DNA from: Nemertoderma westbladi | Lineage: Eukaryota; Animalia; Xenacoelomorpha | Direction of reading: 5' to 3' | Length of the DNA: 64,000 nucleotides | NCBI GenBank assembly: GCA_032718475.1 | Contig: JAUCBJ010008167.1 | Coordinates: 1-64,000 of the forward strand | Shown: one piece after another, positions 1 through 12,670 of the stretch | How the letters are laid out: the number at the start of each line of letters is the position of its first letter | How positions within the stretch are numbered: position 1 is the first letter of the stretch | Position numbers and translations under genes: made by a program | The notes under the pieces: model-generated | What the model was told of the DNA's origin: nothing | The model's input: the letters and a program-made list of their open reading frames with translations, nothing else | Databases searched by the model: none

Positions 1-380
1 GAAACCGGCAATTTGCCTAGTGAGGGCCTACAAGGCCACGCAGTTGCGCAGGGAGGAATGCAGGTAAATAAACCCAGGGAGGATGGAACTGATGTGTCGA
101 CTGGATGAGAACATGGGCATGGGGCGAACTGAGAGGTGATGATTACAGTATGACTATAACATGCAGGGATACAATATATATCCAGGGGAGGGATGGGGGT
201 GGGGATAGGTGTATGGGCCCCAATATAATAACATCAACCCCAGTATCAAATATAACATCGGTGGGGGGGGGGGGGGGGGGGGGGGGGGCAGGGTGACTTT
301 CCCCCATTACAGTATCCACAATACGCACAGATCCAAACAGATCGTGTGGCACAGAGATATGGAGGGGACCACAACCACCG

Positions 381-1700
381 ATGATATATCCCACTCAGGG
401 AAAGTCGACGAACCCGAGAGGCGAAGCACACCCAACATTAAAGGAGCCTGCATACCTACCGTCGAGCGCGCTAGAAGTTCATACGATGGGAATGGCAACA
501 CTCATCAACGCGCTGAAAACTAGAATTGAGCTGCCACCAGTGGAGCCTTTCAAGTTTTATGGTAGCAAGCCGGAAGAATATCTACAGTTTCGGAGAATGT
601 ACAGTAATGAGATTTTGACAAAAAATCTCACACATGCGGAGTGCCTTAAATACCTACAAGTCTATACAAGTCTAAGGCCCTTATGACATCGTGAGGCAAT
701 GCCAAGGTATTGAAGGAGGATTCACGACTGTATGGAGAGCCCTATACAGTCGCTACCGCATGCGGCCACACAGGGGACTTCAAGTCCACAGAGCCACACC
801 GTAGCAGGGGCAGAAACAAAGTTACAACACGAACAAATACAAGCACAATACCCCCAATATCCCGAATCCAAGTAACCAAAACACTAAACCGCTAGATATG
901 AATCTAAGCGCAATACGTGAAGCGCTATATAAGGAATGCTACAATCCCGAATACAAATGTGAATTGCATAGAGATGGGACCCATAAGACCATACACTATA
1001 AGCATTGGCAGTCATTGCTTAAACAAGATCGGATAGCCTACATGGGTAAGAATGGACTATGTCATCGATGTGCAGTAGGAGGACACAGGAAGGATGAGTG
1101 CCAGGAACCACCAATAAAATATGCCGAGAGTGATGGGACTGGAGACCAAACCATGGCAACGAGCACCATGGGAGCAAGGAGGAAGAGGACAATACTACTT
1201 GGAGTAGTACCAGTGAGAATAATAGGAGAGAATGGGCTATCGGTTACGACACTAATATTGGTCGATAGTGGAGCAGCGTTCATGCTATCGGAGATTTGGG
1301 TGGCCGAGAAGATAGGATTACAAACCAGGCCAAGTAAAATGGTGGTGACCACGATCTCAAGCAAAGACAAGGTCATGAGATGATGGGGATGATGCGAGAT
1401 TGCAGCGATAACACCAGGGTGCGACTATGGGGCTACCATCGAACCCATTCAGATAATAGAGTTGATCAACATTAACTCCATGTGACCTACGAAGATTGAG
1501 ATCGAGCAGTACCAGTACCTGGCGGATGACATCGACTTCTTCATGCCCGAACTGGACGTCCAAAAAGTGTCTCTCATAGTCTGCATGGACTGTCCGACGG
1601 CCCATGAGAGCCTAAAGACCATTTTCGGTGATGACAGGGAGCGAGACCCGGTGGCCATTCTCACGCCATTCGGATGAATGCTCAGTGGCCCAATAAAGAC
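381..1700 (+). pseudogene. Disrupted Bel/Pao gag-protease region of element A
   Basis: ORFs 381..686 (gag capsid-like) and 898..1383 (CCHC knuckle; LLGVVPVRI...LVDSGA aspartic protease), then PVAILTPFG*MLSGP, a typical Pao post-protease motif. Confidence 0.8.
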
Positions 1701-1770
1701 AAGGATCCCGTTTAGCATGTCCGACACATCTGGATGCATGCTGTCCAGTACTGTTGAGGACATAGAGGAG

Positions 1771-1921
1771 AAGCCAAAGACTGGCGATGGGGAGGTCCCA
1801 TATGGGAAGTGGCCCGAGCAGAAACCAAAGATGGGTGATGATGAGGTCCCATATGGGAAGCGGCCTGAGCAGAAACCAAAGACGGGCGATGAGGAGGTCC
1901 CATATGAGAAGCAGCCCGAGG
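1771..1921 (+). repeat. 51-bp in-frame tandem repeat x3 (KPKxGDxEVPYGKxPEQ)
   Basis: ccaaaga recurs at 1774, 1825 and 1876; repeats visible in ORF 1678..2697. Confidence 0.9.
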
Positions 1922-2299
1922 AAGGATACCAGGAGACAGGGGCGGGTTTGGATCTGGAACCACATATAGTGGAAAGTGTGGAGGACGATTTCAGAGAAGT
2001 ACCGTTGGTAGAGGAGACAGGACGACAAGTAACAGCAAGGGAGTGGGCAGATGAGAATGGGTTCACCGCACAGGACCTAGAGGCGATGGGATGGAACATA
2101 CATGTTCCTGGCGAGTATCGGTATGAGGATGGAGAAGAATGGACAGTGAGATGTCCGGTAGAAACGCCAGTCCAATTAAGAAGCATACTGATAGTGAGGA
2201 GGTCGAACAAGAAGACAAGGTGGAAAGGGAGAGGATGTAAGAAGGTTAATCCAAAGAGAGAGGAGCCGATCATGAAGGGTAATGGAGATAAGAAAGTTA

Positions 2300-2430
2300 G
2301 AGGAGACGTGTTGCATACTGGGCTGGCAGAGTGCGAGGGGGCATTAAATAATAAGCCATTATGCATACCGAAAGATGACCATGGGTCATTGGGAGCTTTA
2401 ACGCCGGCACACATATTGAGGGGGAGGCCA
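2300..2430 (+). pseudogene. Bel/Pao integrase C-terminal remnant
   Basis: LAECEGALNNKPLC...ALTPAHILRG aligns with element B integrase FVEIEAILNTRPIV...ALTPAHLLMQ. Confidence 0.8.
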
Positions 2431-2699
2431 GCAGAGGTGGCATGTACCAGTGAGAATGTCATGAAGGGTAGCATTCTACCACCAAGTGATGACAAGATGA
2501 AGGGTGGCATTTTGCTGCCAGGGCATGATGAGGAGTTCCGTGAGGAGATGGAAAGATCCGATCTTAGGGTGGAGGAGAAGGGAAAGTCAAATCCCAGAGA
2601 TTTGGAATTGACAAGGAGATTGGGGCGGAGAATAAGAGGAACTACAGGGGGGCAGTGGGAGAGTTGCCTACTGGAGGAATCACCCTTAGGTAGTTGAGT

Positions 2700-4927
2700 T
2701 GTCCGATATGGTTCGGGATACCAAAGTACCTGAGGGGACCACCAGGGAAGGAGTCGAGGAGATTTGTAGATTCCATGGAGATGGGCTGATACACAGTCCT
2801 AGACGACAAAGGGACTGTGGAGGATGATGAGGGCTCGAGAAGGGGGTTGGGAATATCGGCTAGAACCATATTGCTGCTCTTAGCAGCACCGAACGGAGAT
2901 ATCTTTCTATTCGTCCTAGGGACCTATGGAGAGAAGAGCGGGCCGAAATTAAAGCAGTTGCCGAATGCGGTGCAGGAGCTAGCAAGACAGAAAACTACGG
3001 TCAAGTTGGGATCTGTGATACGCAACAACGCGGATAGAATTATTGGACCGGGCACCTCCAATCTTCTGGATATGCAGGTAGTCTACATGGCTATGACGAA
3101 ACCAGAGAGATTGGGATTGGTGGACAATACGGGACATAGTGGAGCCGTGGTGATGGGCCAACTGATGGGACTCATTTTGCCACAAGCCGATGGGGACTGG
3201 AACAAGTTCCGGGAGGAATACTGTGCGGAAATTGCGAACTCGCTCAAGTGAGGAGTGAGACCGGGGAAGGAGGAACTATATCACTTCCGAAAGGGAGTGA
3301 TAAAGATATATCACAAGAGATATATCCTACAGGAGGATTGGATAATGATAGCTTTACTAAACCTATTCATTATGGTGACTATCGGGAGGGAGCCGACGGC
3401 GTTTCTACTATCGGGATCACCACTGAATCACAGGAGAGCCTTTAAGGTGGCCCTAGAAGTTCTTGTAGACCACCCGGGGCTGAAGGGTGAGTCGGTATAT
3501 TACCACACCCGACACCTAGTGGACAGAGAGGTAGATACACCATACAAGCGATGAAGGAAACTGGAGGCGGATAGGGTTGAGGAGGGGAGACTAGATGAGG
3601 TCGCCAGGAGAGAGATAAGGGAGGCAGCAGGAAGAGAGCCGGATATAAGGGGATAGGAGTATCAGTTTGAAGTCTAGGATTTGGATGAGCTGAGGTGGGG
3701 ATCAGAGACCTCAGATGAGTTTCGGCTGGGGGACGAACTGTGTTGCATCGGAGTGGCAAAGAATGCCCATGCCAGCAGGCTCTGAGGGTGACGTTGGAAG
3801 GAAGAGACCGAGGGAGGTAGAAGGGTGAAAGGCTATGGGCAGATACCAGGGCAGAAAGGGACACAGTGGATTAACTGGGCTCCTGTGTTTGGATCCGCTC
3901 CCGGCAGGGAAAGAGGAAGAGGACGAGTCTGTGGCGATGCCACTGATAGAGAGGACTGCATACTCGGCAGGGGAAGAGGAGGACAACGAGTTCAGGGCGA
4001 TGCCGCCAATAGCAAGGATCGGCCACTCGGACACTGACTGGGTGGACGGGAGAGTGATGGCCAGCGGGGGGAGAGCCTTCTGGGACAAACCCCATAAGCG
4101 GACCTGGGAGCTGGCAATGGACTTTGCGGTGAGTACGATCCGGCTGGGCGAGCAACCGGGGACGGCACCATGAGTAGTGTTTGGAAAACGATGCCGAGGG
4201 TGGAGGAGGACATCGATATGGGTAGGGAAGACAACGTCCAGATGTTTACCTACCAGTGGCTCCACAGACCCAGGAGGCCACGTGGACCCAAGGACGACTT
4301 GGGCGGGAGACTATGATACACGGTTGCGATTACTGTGGGAGATTAACCCATCAGCAAAAGAACTGTCTATACCATTACCAGAAGGGGACGGAGTGTCTTT
4401 ACTGCCGCGAGTCTACACACAAGATGGGTGCATGTCCGAGGTTGCACAACAAATGTTCGAAGTGCAAGTTTAGAGGGCACTTTGAGTGCCAGTGCGAGTG
4501 GATGGACAATGAGGAGAAATTCCACAATTTCGAGGAGTGGGCTAACGTCGGAGTCATGACACGACAAAGGATGATGGCCCAGGAGTTCCAGTGGGGTTTC
4601 TTCAACATTAATATAGAAGCCCACCAGCAGATTACCAAGAGGAGACTACCATTCATGGCTGAACATGTGCCGCGTGCGATGAAGAAGATCTTGTGGGACG
4701 CTACCAGAGGGAGACAGGAGGGACACTCAGTGGGACCACCTGGAAAGCGATACCGGGAGTTAATAACACCCGCGCCCAAAGAACCAACAATGGGGCTTGG
4801 TAAGACGGTATCAGCAAGGATGAGTAGCCTCAAGGGTAAACAGGAAGGGAGGAAGCGGCCCAGACAGGATGACGATAGGGGCAAGGAACTTAGATGGTTC
4901 CCAGAGGGTGCGGGAGGAGCAATGTAG
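2700..4927 (+). pseudogene. Element A accessory ORF: DEDDy 3'-5' exonuclease-like domain plus triple zinc knuckle (disrupted)
   Basis: G*YTVLDDKG (ExoI position, 2802-2810), LLAAPNGDIFLF, LPNAVQELARQKTTVKLGSVIRN (ExoII region), RYILQED (ExoIII position); then CDYC..H..C, CLYC..H..C, CSKC..GH..C in ORF 4256..4927. Collinear with the element B accessory ORF. Confidence 0.75.
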
Positions 4928-5635
4928 AATTCCAAGACAGGCGATGTCAATGTGCCTGGAAGGCACCACATGGACACACCAGTACAAACTCCTAAGTGCA
5001 ATTTGACTACATGCAATTAGTATGTATGTAGGTAAATAATCAATATATACATATATATATCCAATATATATCCAATATATAATCAGTATATACCTATCAT
5101 AGTCGAATAAAACCTTTTCCAATTAGCTACTGGGACTGGGGACTAATTGACTGAAACAGGAGGACGGGACAATGACGTATCTCACTGACATGCTGTACAC
5201 ATGCGTGGGACCCGATAAGAGTGTGAGGAGAGTGACAGCGCAAACAGGTTGAGTATGGGGGAGTATGGGGAGGGGGTGTTAGGGTATGAGGAATTAAAAA
5301 TGTGCGAGACTCAAGTGTGGGGAGCGAGCATAGAGAGGGATGAGTCCCAAGGGACTGGCGAGAGAGGAAGGGACAACAAAGTCCGAGAGGTCAAATTGTG
5401 TGAGGAGTGAGGGCAATCGTCTAAAAAAGAGACGCCAGATGCCTTGGTACAGCTTAGCTCGCAGATGTACCAAGGATGGGTAGTGATAACAGACCCATGA
5501 GGGCCGGACTGGAAAGCCGACCTCGAGAAGAAAATTCCACCCCACATCCAATATTAGATTGGATTCCAGCGGAATTGAAGAGCACATAAGGTTGATGCTA
5601 TCTTCTCACCGGGAAAATAGCATGGGGGGGAGGAG

Positions 5636-6023
5636 TGTAAGCAGATTCAATTCCCTGCACTACCCACCGAAAATTGGACTAGTGGCATTTTACCAATTAT
5701 AGTTGGGAAGGTGACATTACCAATAATAATGTCACCTCATAACCAAGTAAGGCGATACACATCGCCAGCCACAGGGAAAGTTGAGAGGTCAACCATCTCA
5801 GAGGGACAAAGGGGTTAGCAAGGCTAGCACATGGGGACAGTGGCAACAGAGAGTGGCGAGGTGACAATTAATCAGGTTAAGCCAATGATTGGTGGGGAAA
5901 ACACATTGGAAGTGATTAGAGCGCATCTATTGGAGAGGCCACTCAGTAGAGTAGAGGTGATTAATATGTGTTAATAATATAACCGTTGCACTTATTGATT
6001 CTGATTCAGTTGGTTTCTATACA
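5636..6023 (+). repeat. Probable 3' LTR of element A
   Basis: Polypurine tract GGGGGGGAGGAG (5624-5635) directly followed by TGTAAG. Candidate end ...TATACA at 6023. No second copy in the window to confirm the end. Confidence 0.55.
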
Positions 6024-7071
6024 GTTGTAAGACCGGAACAGTTTTTAACCGTCGTCATTACCATGCTATTATATTTTGACTGTGCTATTATTACGTTCTT
6101 TGATTACAACTGACAGTAAGAACTCAGTTATTTCAACGGCCTTCGGCCTATTATATATATCCAGACTACAGCTTTAGCAGCCTACGGACGCGGCGACGCC
6201 TATAACACACACCAGTCGGGATCCATACTGCCAACTCCAAGATCCCGTCACAGTTTTGGTTTGAAAATCCCGCTTCTGTAACCTGCTCCTTTCCCTGATT
6301 TGGTAAAGTGACCGTTTATTGTTTGATGTCAAGAAATCAACAAATTTTGAATGTTTTGGCAAAGGCATGTTGAAGTAAACTGTCTGACAGTCCGGAAATC
6401 AGCAGTCTGACAGTTTGAAGAAATACATACATAAAAAGTCATTAAAGGGACAATAAAGTCATTATGCACAATTCGTAAAAAAGGCGGACAAAAAAAGTCA
6501 AATAAACAGACATAAAAAATCACTGCCTTTTACTTTGTAGACTATCTCTGGTATATTGAATCAGTAGAGTGGTCTTTATGCATTGACAAATAGACTATAT
6601 ATATATATATAAAATAATATGAAAATGAATATATATATATATATAAAGTTTACTATAAAATTCTAAGGAAACCAAGGTTAAATTGAAACAAAACATTGAA
6701 AGAACCAATTTAACTGCAGTAAAAATTTTAATTCATTATACATTAATTAAAATCACTGTATTTATCTTATGGCTGCATATGTTTTACTTATACTAGAACA
6801 CCAACAAGCTGGTGTTAAACAAACCACCCCTTCCATCTGAATTTAGAATTTACCATACTAAACGAGATGGTCCATAGAAAAAAAAGTAAGAGGGAAACAC
6901 CGCTTTTTTTCGCTCATTTTCAGTTTAACGAAATTCAACTATTCTGTCTGACTGATTTGAGTACACAAGTTTGAAAGTTTTTGATGCGCAATTGTAATCT
7001 AGCTAAAGGTAGATTAGGCTTCAAAATGTGTAAGATATTATACTGTATGTATAAGTTAATTTACTTTTAAG

Positions 7072-8134
7072 TGTATGGATGATTAAAAAAAATAAAATAT
7101 AGAGGGTCTTTAGCTGGTTATATTCATTAATTAAAGATAACAATAGTAAACGTTTTCGACCAACCTTTCTGCATCAGACTAATGTACTGGCAACTACAGT
7201 AACATTTCTAACATGCGCTTTAAGTAGACACCTTATAATCCTATGTAACCTACCTAATCCAATTATACCATTCAGTATGTAGACACATGGCCACTACTCC
7301 TGGGATTTCCCTATAATAATAATAATAATAATAATGATGCATTTGTATAGCGCCGAATTTACAACAATAGAAGTATGCTAAGGCGCTTACGTCACAAGCA
7401 ATATAACATTAAAACTAGCAGCGCAAGTAGTACAGAAATTAAAAAATTATAGTCGTCACTAACGATAAAACGTGCAGTTCTAAATGACTAAAACTTATTA
7501 CAATCGTTAAAAAGTGGAACAAACAGTACAAATTGATATATATACTCGCCGTAAATGAAACGTACAGTAAAAAATATGTAGTAAAAAAATCAATTAGCAT
7601 AGTTAAAAAGTGTAGTTGACGGACGTACTGAAACAATAAAAACGAGCGATGGGGTAATAAAATGAACACAAACACTAAAAAACGCATGAAGAACAAATTA
7701 AAAGAAGCTTACAGTTTTTGGAGAGTTGATTGAATATCTAGAGTTGGAATAAAATAATTAGAGAGTTCATGTTTTGGAGTTTATTTATATGCAATTTCAA
7801 AAAGATGTGCTCTATCAGCTTTTCCCAACCTTATAACCCAACCTGCAACCCTATATTTGTACTTTAGATTGACCGCTTACAACTAACTCGTGTATTTTCC
7901 CTATCACAATTACCTTACGTTATACAGTACATACATGCACGTTAACCTTTCTGGGATTCACCTATCAGGGATCACCTTTAAAACTTATATATATATATAT
8001 AGACCCCCACCTTTTCCTGTTAGTTGCCAGTACATAGTCTGATGCACGAAAACGTTTACTATTGTATCTTTATCTAATATAATATAACCAGCTAAAGACC
8101 CTCAATACTTTATATTTTTTCTATCATCTATACA
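7072..8134. mobile_element. Foldback element with ~120-bp imperfect inverted arms
   Basis: 7072..7196 (...gagggtctttagctggttatatt...tgcatcagactaatgtactggcaacta) is the reverse complement of 8021..8134 (tagttgccagtacatagtctgatgca...aatataaccagctaaagaccctc...). Confidence 0.7.
7313..7390 (-). mobile_element. 3' tail of a SINE or L2-type LINE ending in (ATT)n
   Basis: Minus strand gtaagcgccttag...ggcgctatacaaatg...(att)n resembles the tails of the SINEs at 33758 and 61665. Confidence 0.55.
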
Positions 8135-9854
8135 ATATGTTACCGCTGGTGAATGCCTACCACTTCATTCGTTCGTATACTTTTAAATTCGAGGGTTGGT
8201 CGAAATTATGGGACATTAGACAATAAGAAATCAAGAAATGGAATGAACGTGTTGTTTAATAATTTCAATACTTTCCCATAATTTCCGTGAAACTTCGCCA
8301 TTTGAAGAAATTTGAAGAACTCATATTGTCGAGTGTTAAGTCGATCGATAACTACTTTATCATATTGTTTGTAGAATAGTGTATTCCCTGTACTACCAAC
8401 ACTATGCGGAATATATTACTTTACCGCCTACTGTGTATTGTATGTACAGTACACTGCTGGAGTTATATCACAACCCATAATGCTCTGTATAATAACCAAT
8501 ACTTACTACCTATAATAATATCACCAGCTGATACCCAAAAGTTAGTGTTTCATTATTTATTGTTTGTTATTATGTTGTACTGTATATTAAAAAGACGCTT
8601 AAAAATAAATTATTACTACAAAATAAAAAATATAATTATAATAATAAAATAATAAAATATAAATGATGATAGTTAATGATAGATTAGTTAGATTAAACTA
8701 ACTAAAATAGAAATAATAGAAATAATAATGGTATAATTTTATTTATAATCAAATTATTATTATTATGTATAGATATATTCCACCACCAGCTGATGTTACT
8801 TAGGTTACAAAACATAAACAGGGTACAAACATAAAAAAGATAATAAAATAAAATATAAATAATAAAAAACGTAATTAATTTATCTTAATCACATACCATA
8901 TTTAACAAATTCGAGGTTACAATTTACAGAACACCTAAGGCAGTCCGGCTCCAAGCGGCACTTAGCACAAGAGGCACTTTAGATTTGCGAGTAGCCACTT
9001 ATAGTTCAGTCCAGTCACATTTTATGCAGCCCGCTTGCAGCTAATTCGAAATAATTCCTGACAGTCAGTCTGTCAATGTAAATGTTATCAGCTACATTCA
9101 ACGGCAGTGAAGCACACACACCCCGACTTTTGGAAAACGGCAAAAGTATAATTATAACAGTTCGCTTATGGCTTGCAGTTTTGACTCGCCCCATAGCCAT
9201 GTCTGTCTTTCTGTCTTGGAGCTCCAACAGCAAAGGTCCCATAACCTTTGCGGAATCGATTGTGATTTCCAAGTACAGTAAAAGTCTCTCAATGCGATCC
9301 CTGGTGCCATTTAATATAATTATAATTAACCTGTCTTTAGCCTAGGTACTAGGTAGTTTTTGTCTAAAGCTGAGGCCGGCAAAAACACGATGGATGTATG
9401 TATATTATGGTGTATGGATATGTGTATGTATGTATGATAACAACCAAATGGTTTCAAACTATTTGCATGTATTGGAAAATTGTATTAGCATAAATAATTA
9501 TCAAGATTAAGGAACAGGAAATTAAATAACCACAACTACTCTTTCACAGCTGAATAACATTTCACTACTTATTGTCAATTGGAGTTACGTACATTAATTA
9601 TATAGTTAATTATTATTCTATCTGTATTCAATCAGTTAGTGTAATGTCAAGCAGTACATCATTTATATACCGTATGTATCTATAGGGCCTATTGTCATCT
9701 TTATAATACTGTCATCAACTCAGGTTAAGGTCAATTGTAAAAGAAAAGGGCTTAGTATATCTGGGCTGGGACGTTTACAACAGCTGTCGATTAAACTAAC
9801 AAAACTAGAAAACTTAACCAGGGTCCCAGCCGGGTACCAACGGCTGTTGGGTAG

Positions 9855-11767
9855 TATTAGAAGAGACAGTAACAATACCTGCAATATCCTACTGTAAAGT
9901 TTGTGAATCAAATCATAAATCCGGCCTTCTCACCAAAACAGTAAACTCTAAGTAAGCGAATATATTGCAGTATCTATCTCTTATAACCGGTGAGGCAGAA
10001 AACAGTCTACGAGCAGACAAACTTCGATAAAACAAAATCCCGCGCAGCGAATCCTAAAATCAGGCTGACTCACTGACGGACTAAGGGGCTCGTATACTTT
10101 GCCGCGGTGTGATTTATATGGTTGGGCTAAAGAGACGCTAGCTAGGTACAGAGGCAGACATTTGGAGATGTCTAACTAGCGGGCAAAGCGCAGTACGGAC
10201 AAAAGTTAATTTTATATATTTTGAGGTGTAAATAATATCTAACGCGCGTGTGTGATTCTGAACAGTCAAAGCAGTTTTGCTCCTTCATATATATAATTAC
10301 TGGGTACGGTGTACATTTTACGAATATTCTAATTTTGTAACTTGTAGGTCCAATACTCACGAATGATAAGGTTCCTTCCCCTCTTGCGTATTTCCAGGAC
10401 TCAAATTCAGGCATAAGGTTAATGCTACGCCCAGAATTCGGCAATTTTAATTTACCAGGCCCCTAATACTAAGAAGAAATGTGTTAGTTTACTACAGTAG
10501 GCGTACGGTTACAAATAGCTATCCTGGCTCTTATCTAGAATTTTAGTCACCTAGGTAGGCTGGGTAACTTCCTATCAGGACGTTGGCGGGGACACGGCAG
10601 ATGTTAGTATATCCCTAATAGCCTCAATTTATTTGCGCCTAGTCGTAAACTGCCCTACCGCCTGAACGGTACAATCCTAATTTAGGTGAAACACAGCAAC
10701 CCTCCTAGCCTACAAGTTCTAATGCAATGGACACCGTTGTACTACAAATAGTCGCAGACGCACCTGTACTTAGCAAGAGTTAGGCGTACAGTTTGCTGCA
10801 CCCTACCAATGTGTATGCTTTGTACCGGTGTGCCTACGTCCTATCTGCGTACTAGTATCTGCCTGCTCTTTCCCTCCCCCCGTAGGAATATGAAGGTCTA
10901 CTGCGGTTTTTTCCTGAATTAAAACAGTACAGTCCCTAAGATGTAATTTTAGGCGTACAGCGTGTCACTACTTCTACCTTTGATCTTTGGTCTTACGCTT
11001 AGGTAGCAAGGCGTCGAACGCTGTCTAACCTTTCAGGCGATGGGCGAATAACTGAGATGGTATTGCGGGTTGTCTCCTGTCTACATTCCCTTGATGTTCC
11101 CGTTCATTGCTGCGGCCCGATCTATAGCCGGCCATCCTGTTCCTAAGTGTGTTCACCGTAGTGAATCATGGTGAAAAGAAAAGCAGGTAGCGGTATTTCT
11201 GAATTTATTGCAGATAATAATACAAAATGTAATCTGAAAACTAATGACAGAATAAACAAATATCAGATAACTCAGAATAATTGTGAGAGATAGATATACT
11301 GAAGATTGAGAAGTGAACTAATGAACGAAATCGCACCTTTTATACCAAATTTGTGCCGCAATCAATCGAGAAAATTCTCGATTGTTCTATAGGTTCTAAC
11401 AGGTTTTTAAAGATAGCTATTGGTCCAGCTAATATATAACTTGCACGACATTGGTTACAATCTAATAACTGCAGTCTCATTGGTTAATCTAGGTACAGAC
11501 AAATGCAATTTAATTTGTAGCGGTCAATTTAAATGAGTTGAAATTCTGTACAAAAAATAAATCGCACTTACTAGGATTCGAACTCAATACCTACTACACA
11601 TATAATTTCCAACGCTCTACCGACTGAGCTACTGAACCACTTGACTAAAGATCGTACAATAGATATAACAAATACAAATGAGGACTCAAAGCAATCTTTT
11701 AGCAAAGTTAATTCGAATAAAAATAAAATTTTGAAAATCCACGGCATTTAGGGAATATAATTCTATA
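9855..11767 (-). repeat. 3' LTR of element B
   Basis: Matches 26767..28679; preceded on the minus strand by purine-rich ATGGAGCGG (PPT, 11768-11776). Confidence 0.95.
11563..11638 (-). other. tRNA-like Pol III A/B-box module in LTR U3 (also 28475..28550 and 31944..32016)
   Basis: GGTTCAGTAGCTCAGTCGGTAGAGCG (A box, D-arm GCTC/GAGC) and GAGTTCGAATCC (B box); acceptor and anticodon stems do not pair. Confidence 0.75.
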
Positions 11768-11899
11768 CCGCTCCATGAAAACAGGATATTATCGTGCATA
11801 AAATATACAGTTTTCACCAATAATCAATCAAACTATAGAATACTTAGGGCGTACTTACATATTTACAATTAAATTTCACAATACTTCCTTTCTACATAA

Positions 11900-12660
11900 T
11901 GATTCGATACAAAATAATTACAAATTCAAACTTTACGTATTTAAGGCTTTACTAAGTAAGTACAATATAAATCTAAATTAAATTCACCAATATAAATCTA
12001 TTGCATCTCAATATTGCATAAATTCAAACAATTACAAATACAAATAAATGAAAATCATAAGAAAGGCTCGCGAGTCTTCCATCTACTATTGCATCTCAAA
12101 TATTGCATAAATTCAAATAATTACAAATACTTTCGTGCCTAAATGTAGATTGCATAAGTTCGGAATAATTACAAATATGAGTCTTTCTAAGCACAAAACT
12201 TTCTAACTATAAACTTTCTAAATACAAAATATAACACTGTACAAATGAAACTATAAGAAAGGCCCACGAGTCTTCCATCTACTCTTACTTTCTATTTCAC
12301 TGTAAATACAAATACTGCTTATAAGATATAAATTGCATAATATTCGGAACAATATAAATTGCATAAGTTCGGAATAATCACAAATATAAAATATAAATTC
12401 TTACAAAATATAAATCTTACTAAATATAAATCTTACTAAATATAGATATAAACTGCATAAGTTTAGAATAATATAAACTCCTTTGCATCTCAAATATGAA
12501 ACATAAATCTTTCAAATATGAGTTCCTTCTAAATATAAACTTTCTAAATTTCAAAAATTCGGAACAATACAAATTGCATAAGTTCAGATAAATATAAAAA
12601 ATATAACTCAAATAAATCACAAATTCACAAGAAAGGCTCACGAGTCTTCCGTCCACCCTT
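11900..12660 (-). repeat. AT-rich degenerate repeats in the 3' UTR of element B
   Basis: Recurring ttgcataaRttc.gaaYaat and aaatataaa units, plus three copies of the aggctcRcgagtcttcc motif. Confidence 0.65.
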
Positions 12661-12670
12661 GCCCTTCCTT

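Larger units (their letters stand above)
1..6023 (+). mobile_element. Element A: degenerate, internally deleted Bel/Pao LTR retrotransposon (5' end outside window)
   Basis: Order of remnants: gag (ELPPVEPFKFYGSKPEEYLQF, DUF1759-like), knuckle CHRCAVGGHRKDEC, protease LVDSGA, integrase C-terminal remnant, accessory ORF, polypurine tract, TG-starting LTR. RT, RNase H and the integrase core are absent. Many stops and frameshifts. Right end approximate. Confidence 0.8.

Noticed and set aside
264-288. Long G/C homopolymers (also ~34287, 36899, 42737, 53940, 55286) as G-quadruplex signals
   Set aside because: Simple runs of unreliable length; several are just expansions of the MITE subterminal palindrome.
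1449-5016. Long minus-strand ORFs over element A
   Set aside because: Shadows of a purine-rich sense strand (S/P/L/F-rich); the recognisable motifs are all on the + strand.
10172-10444. 90-aa ORF in both B LTRs (also 27084..27356)
   Set aside because: Non-ATG start, no recognisable motif, and frameshifted in the solo LTR; its recurrence only reflects LTR identity.
11563-11638. Functional tRNA gene
   Set aside because: Acceptor, anticodon and T stems do not pair; only the A/B boxes and D-arm remain.
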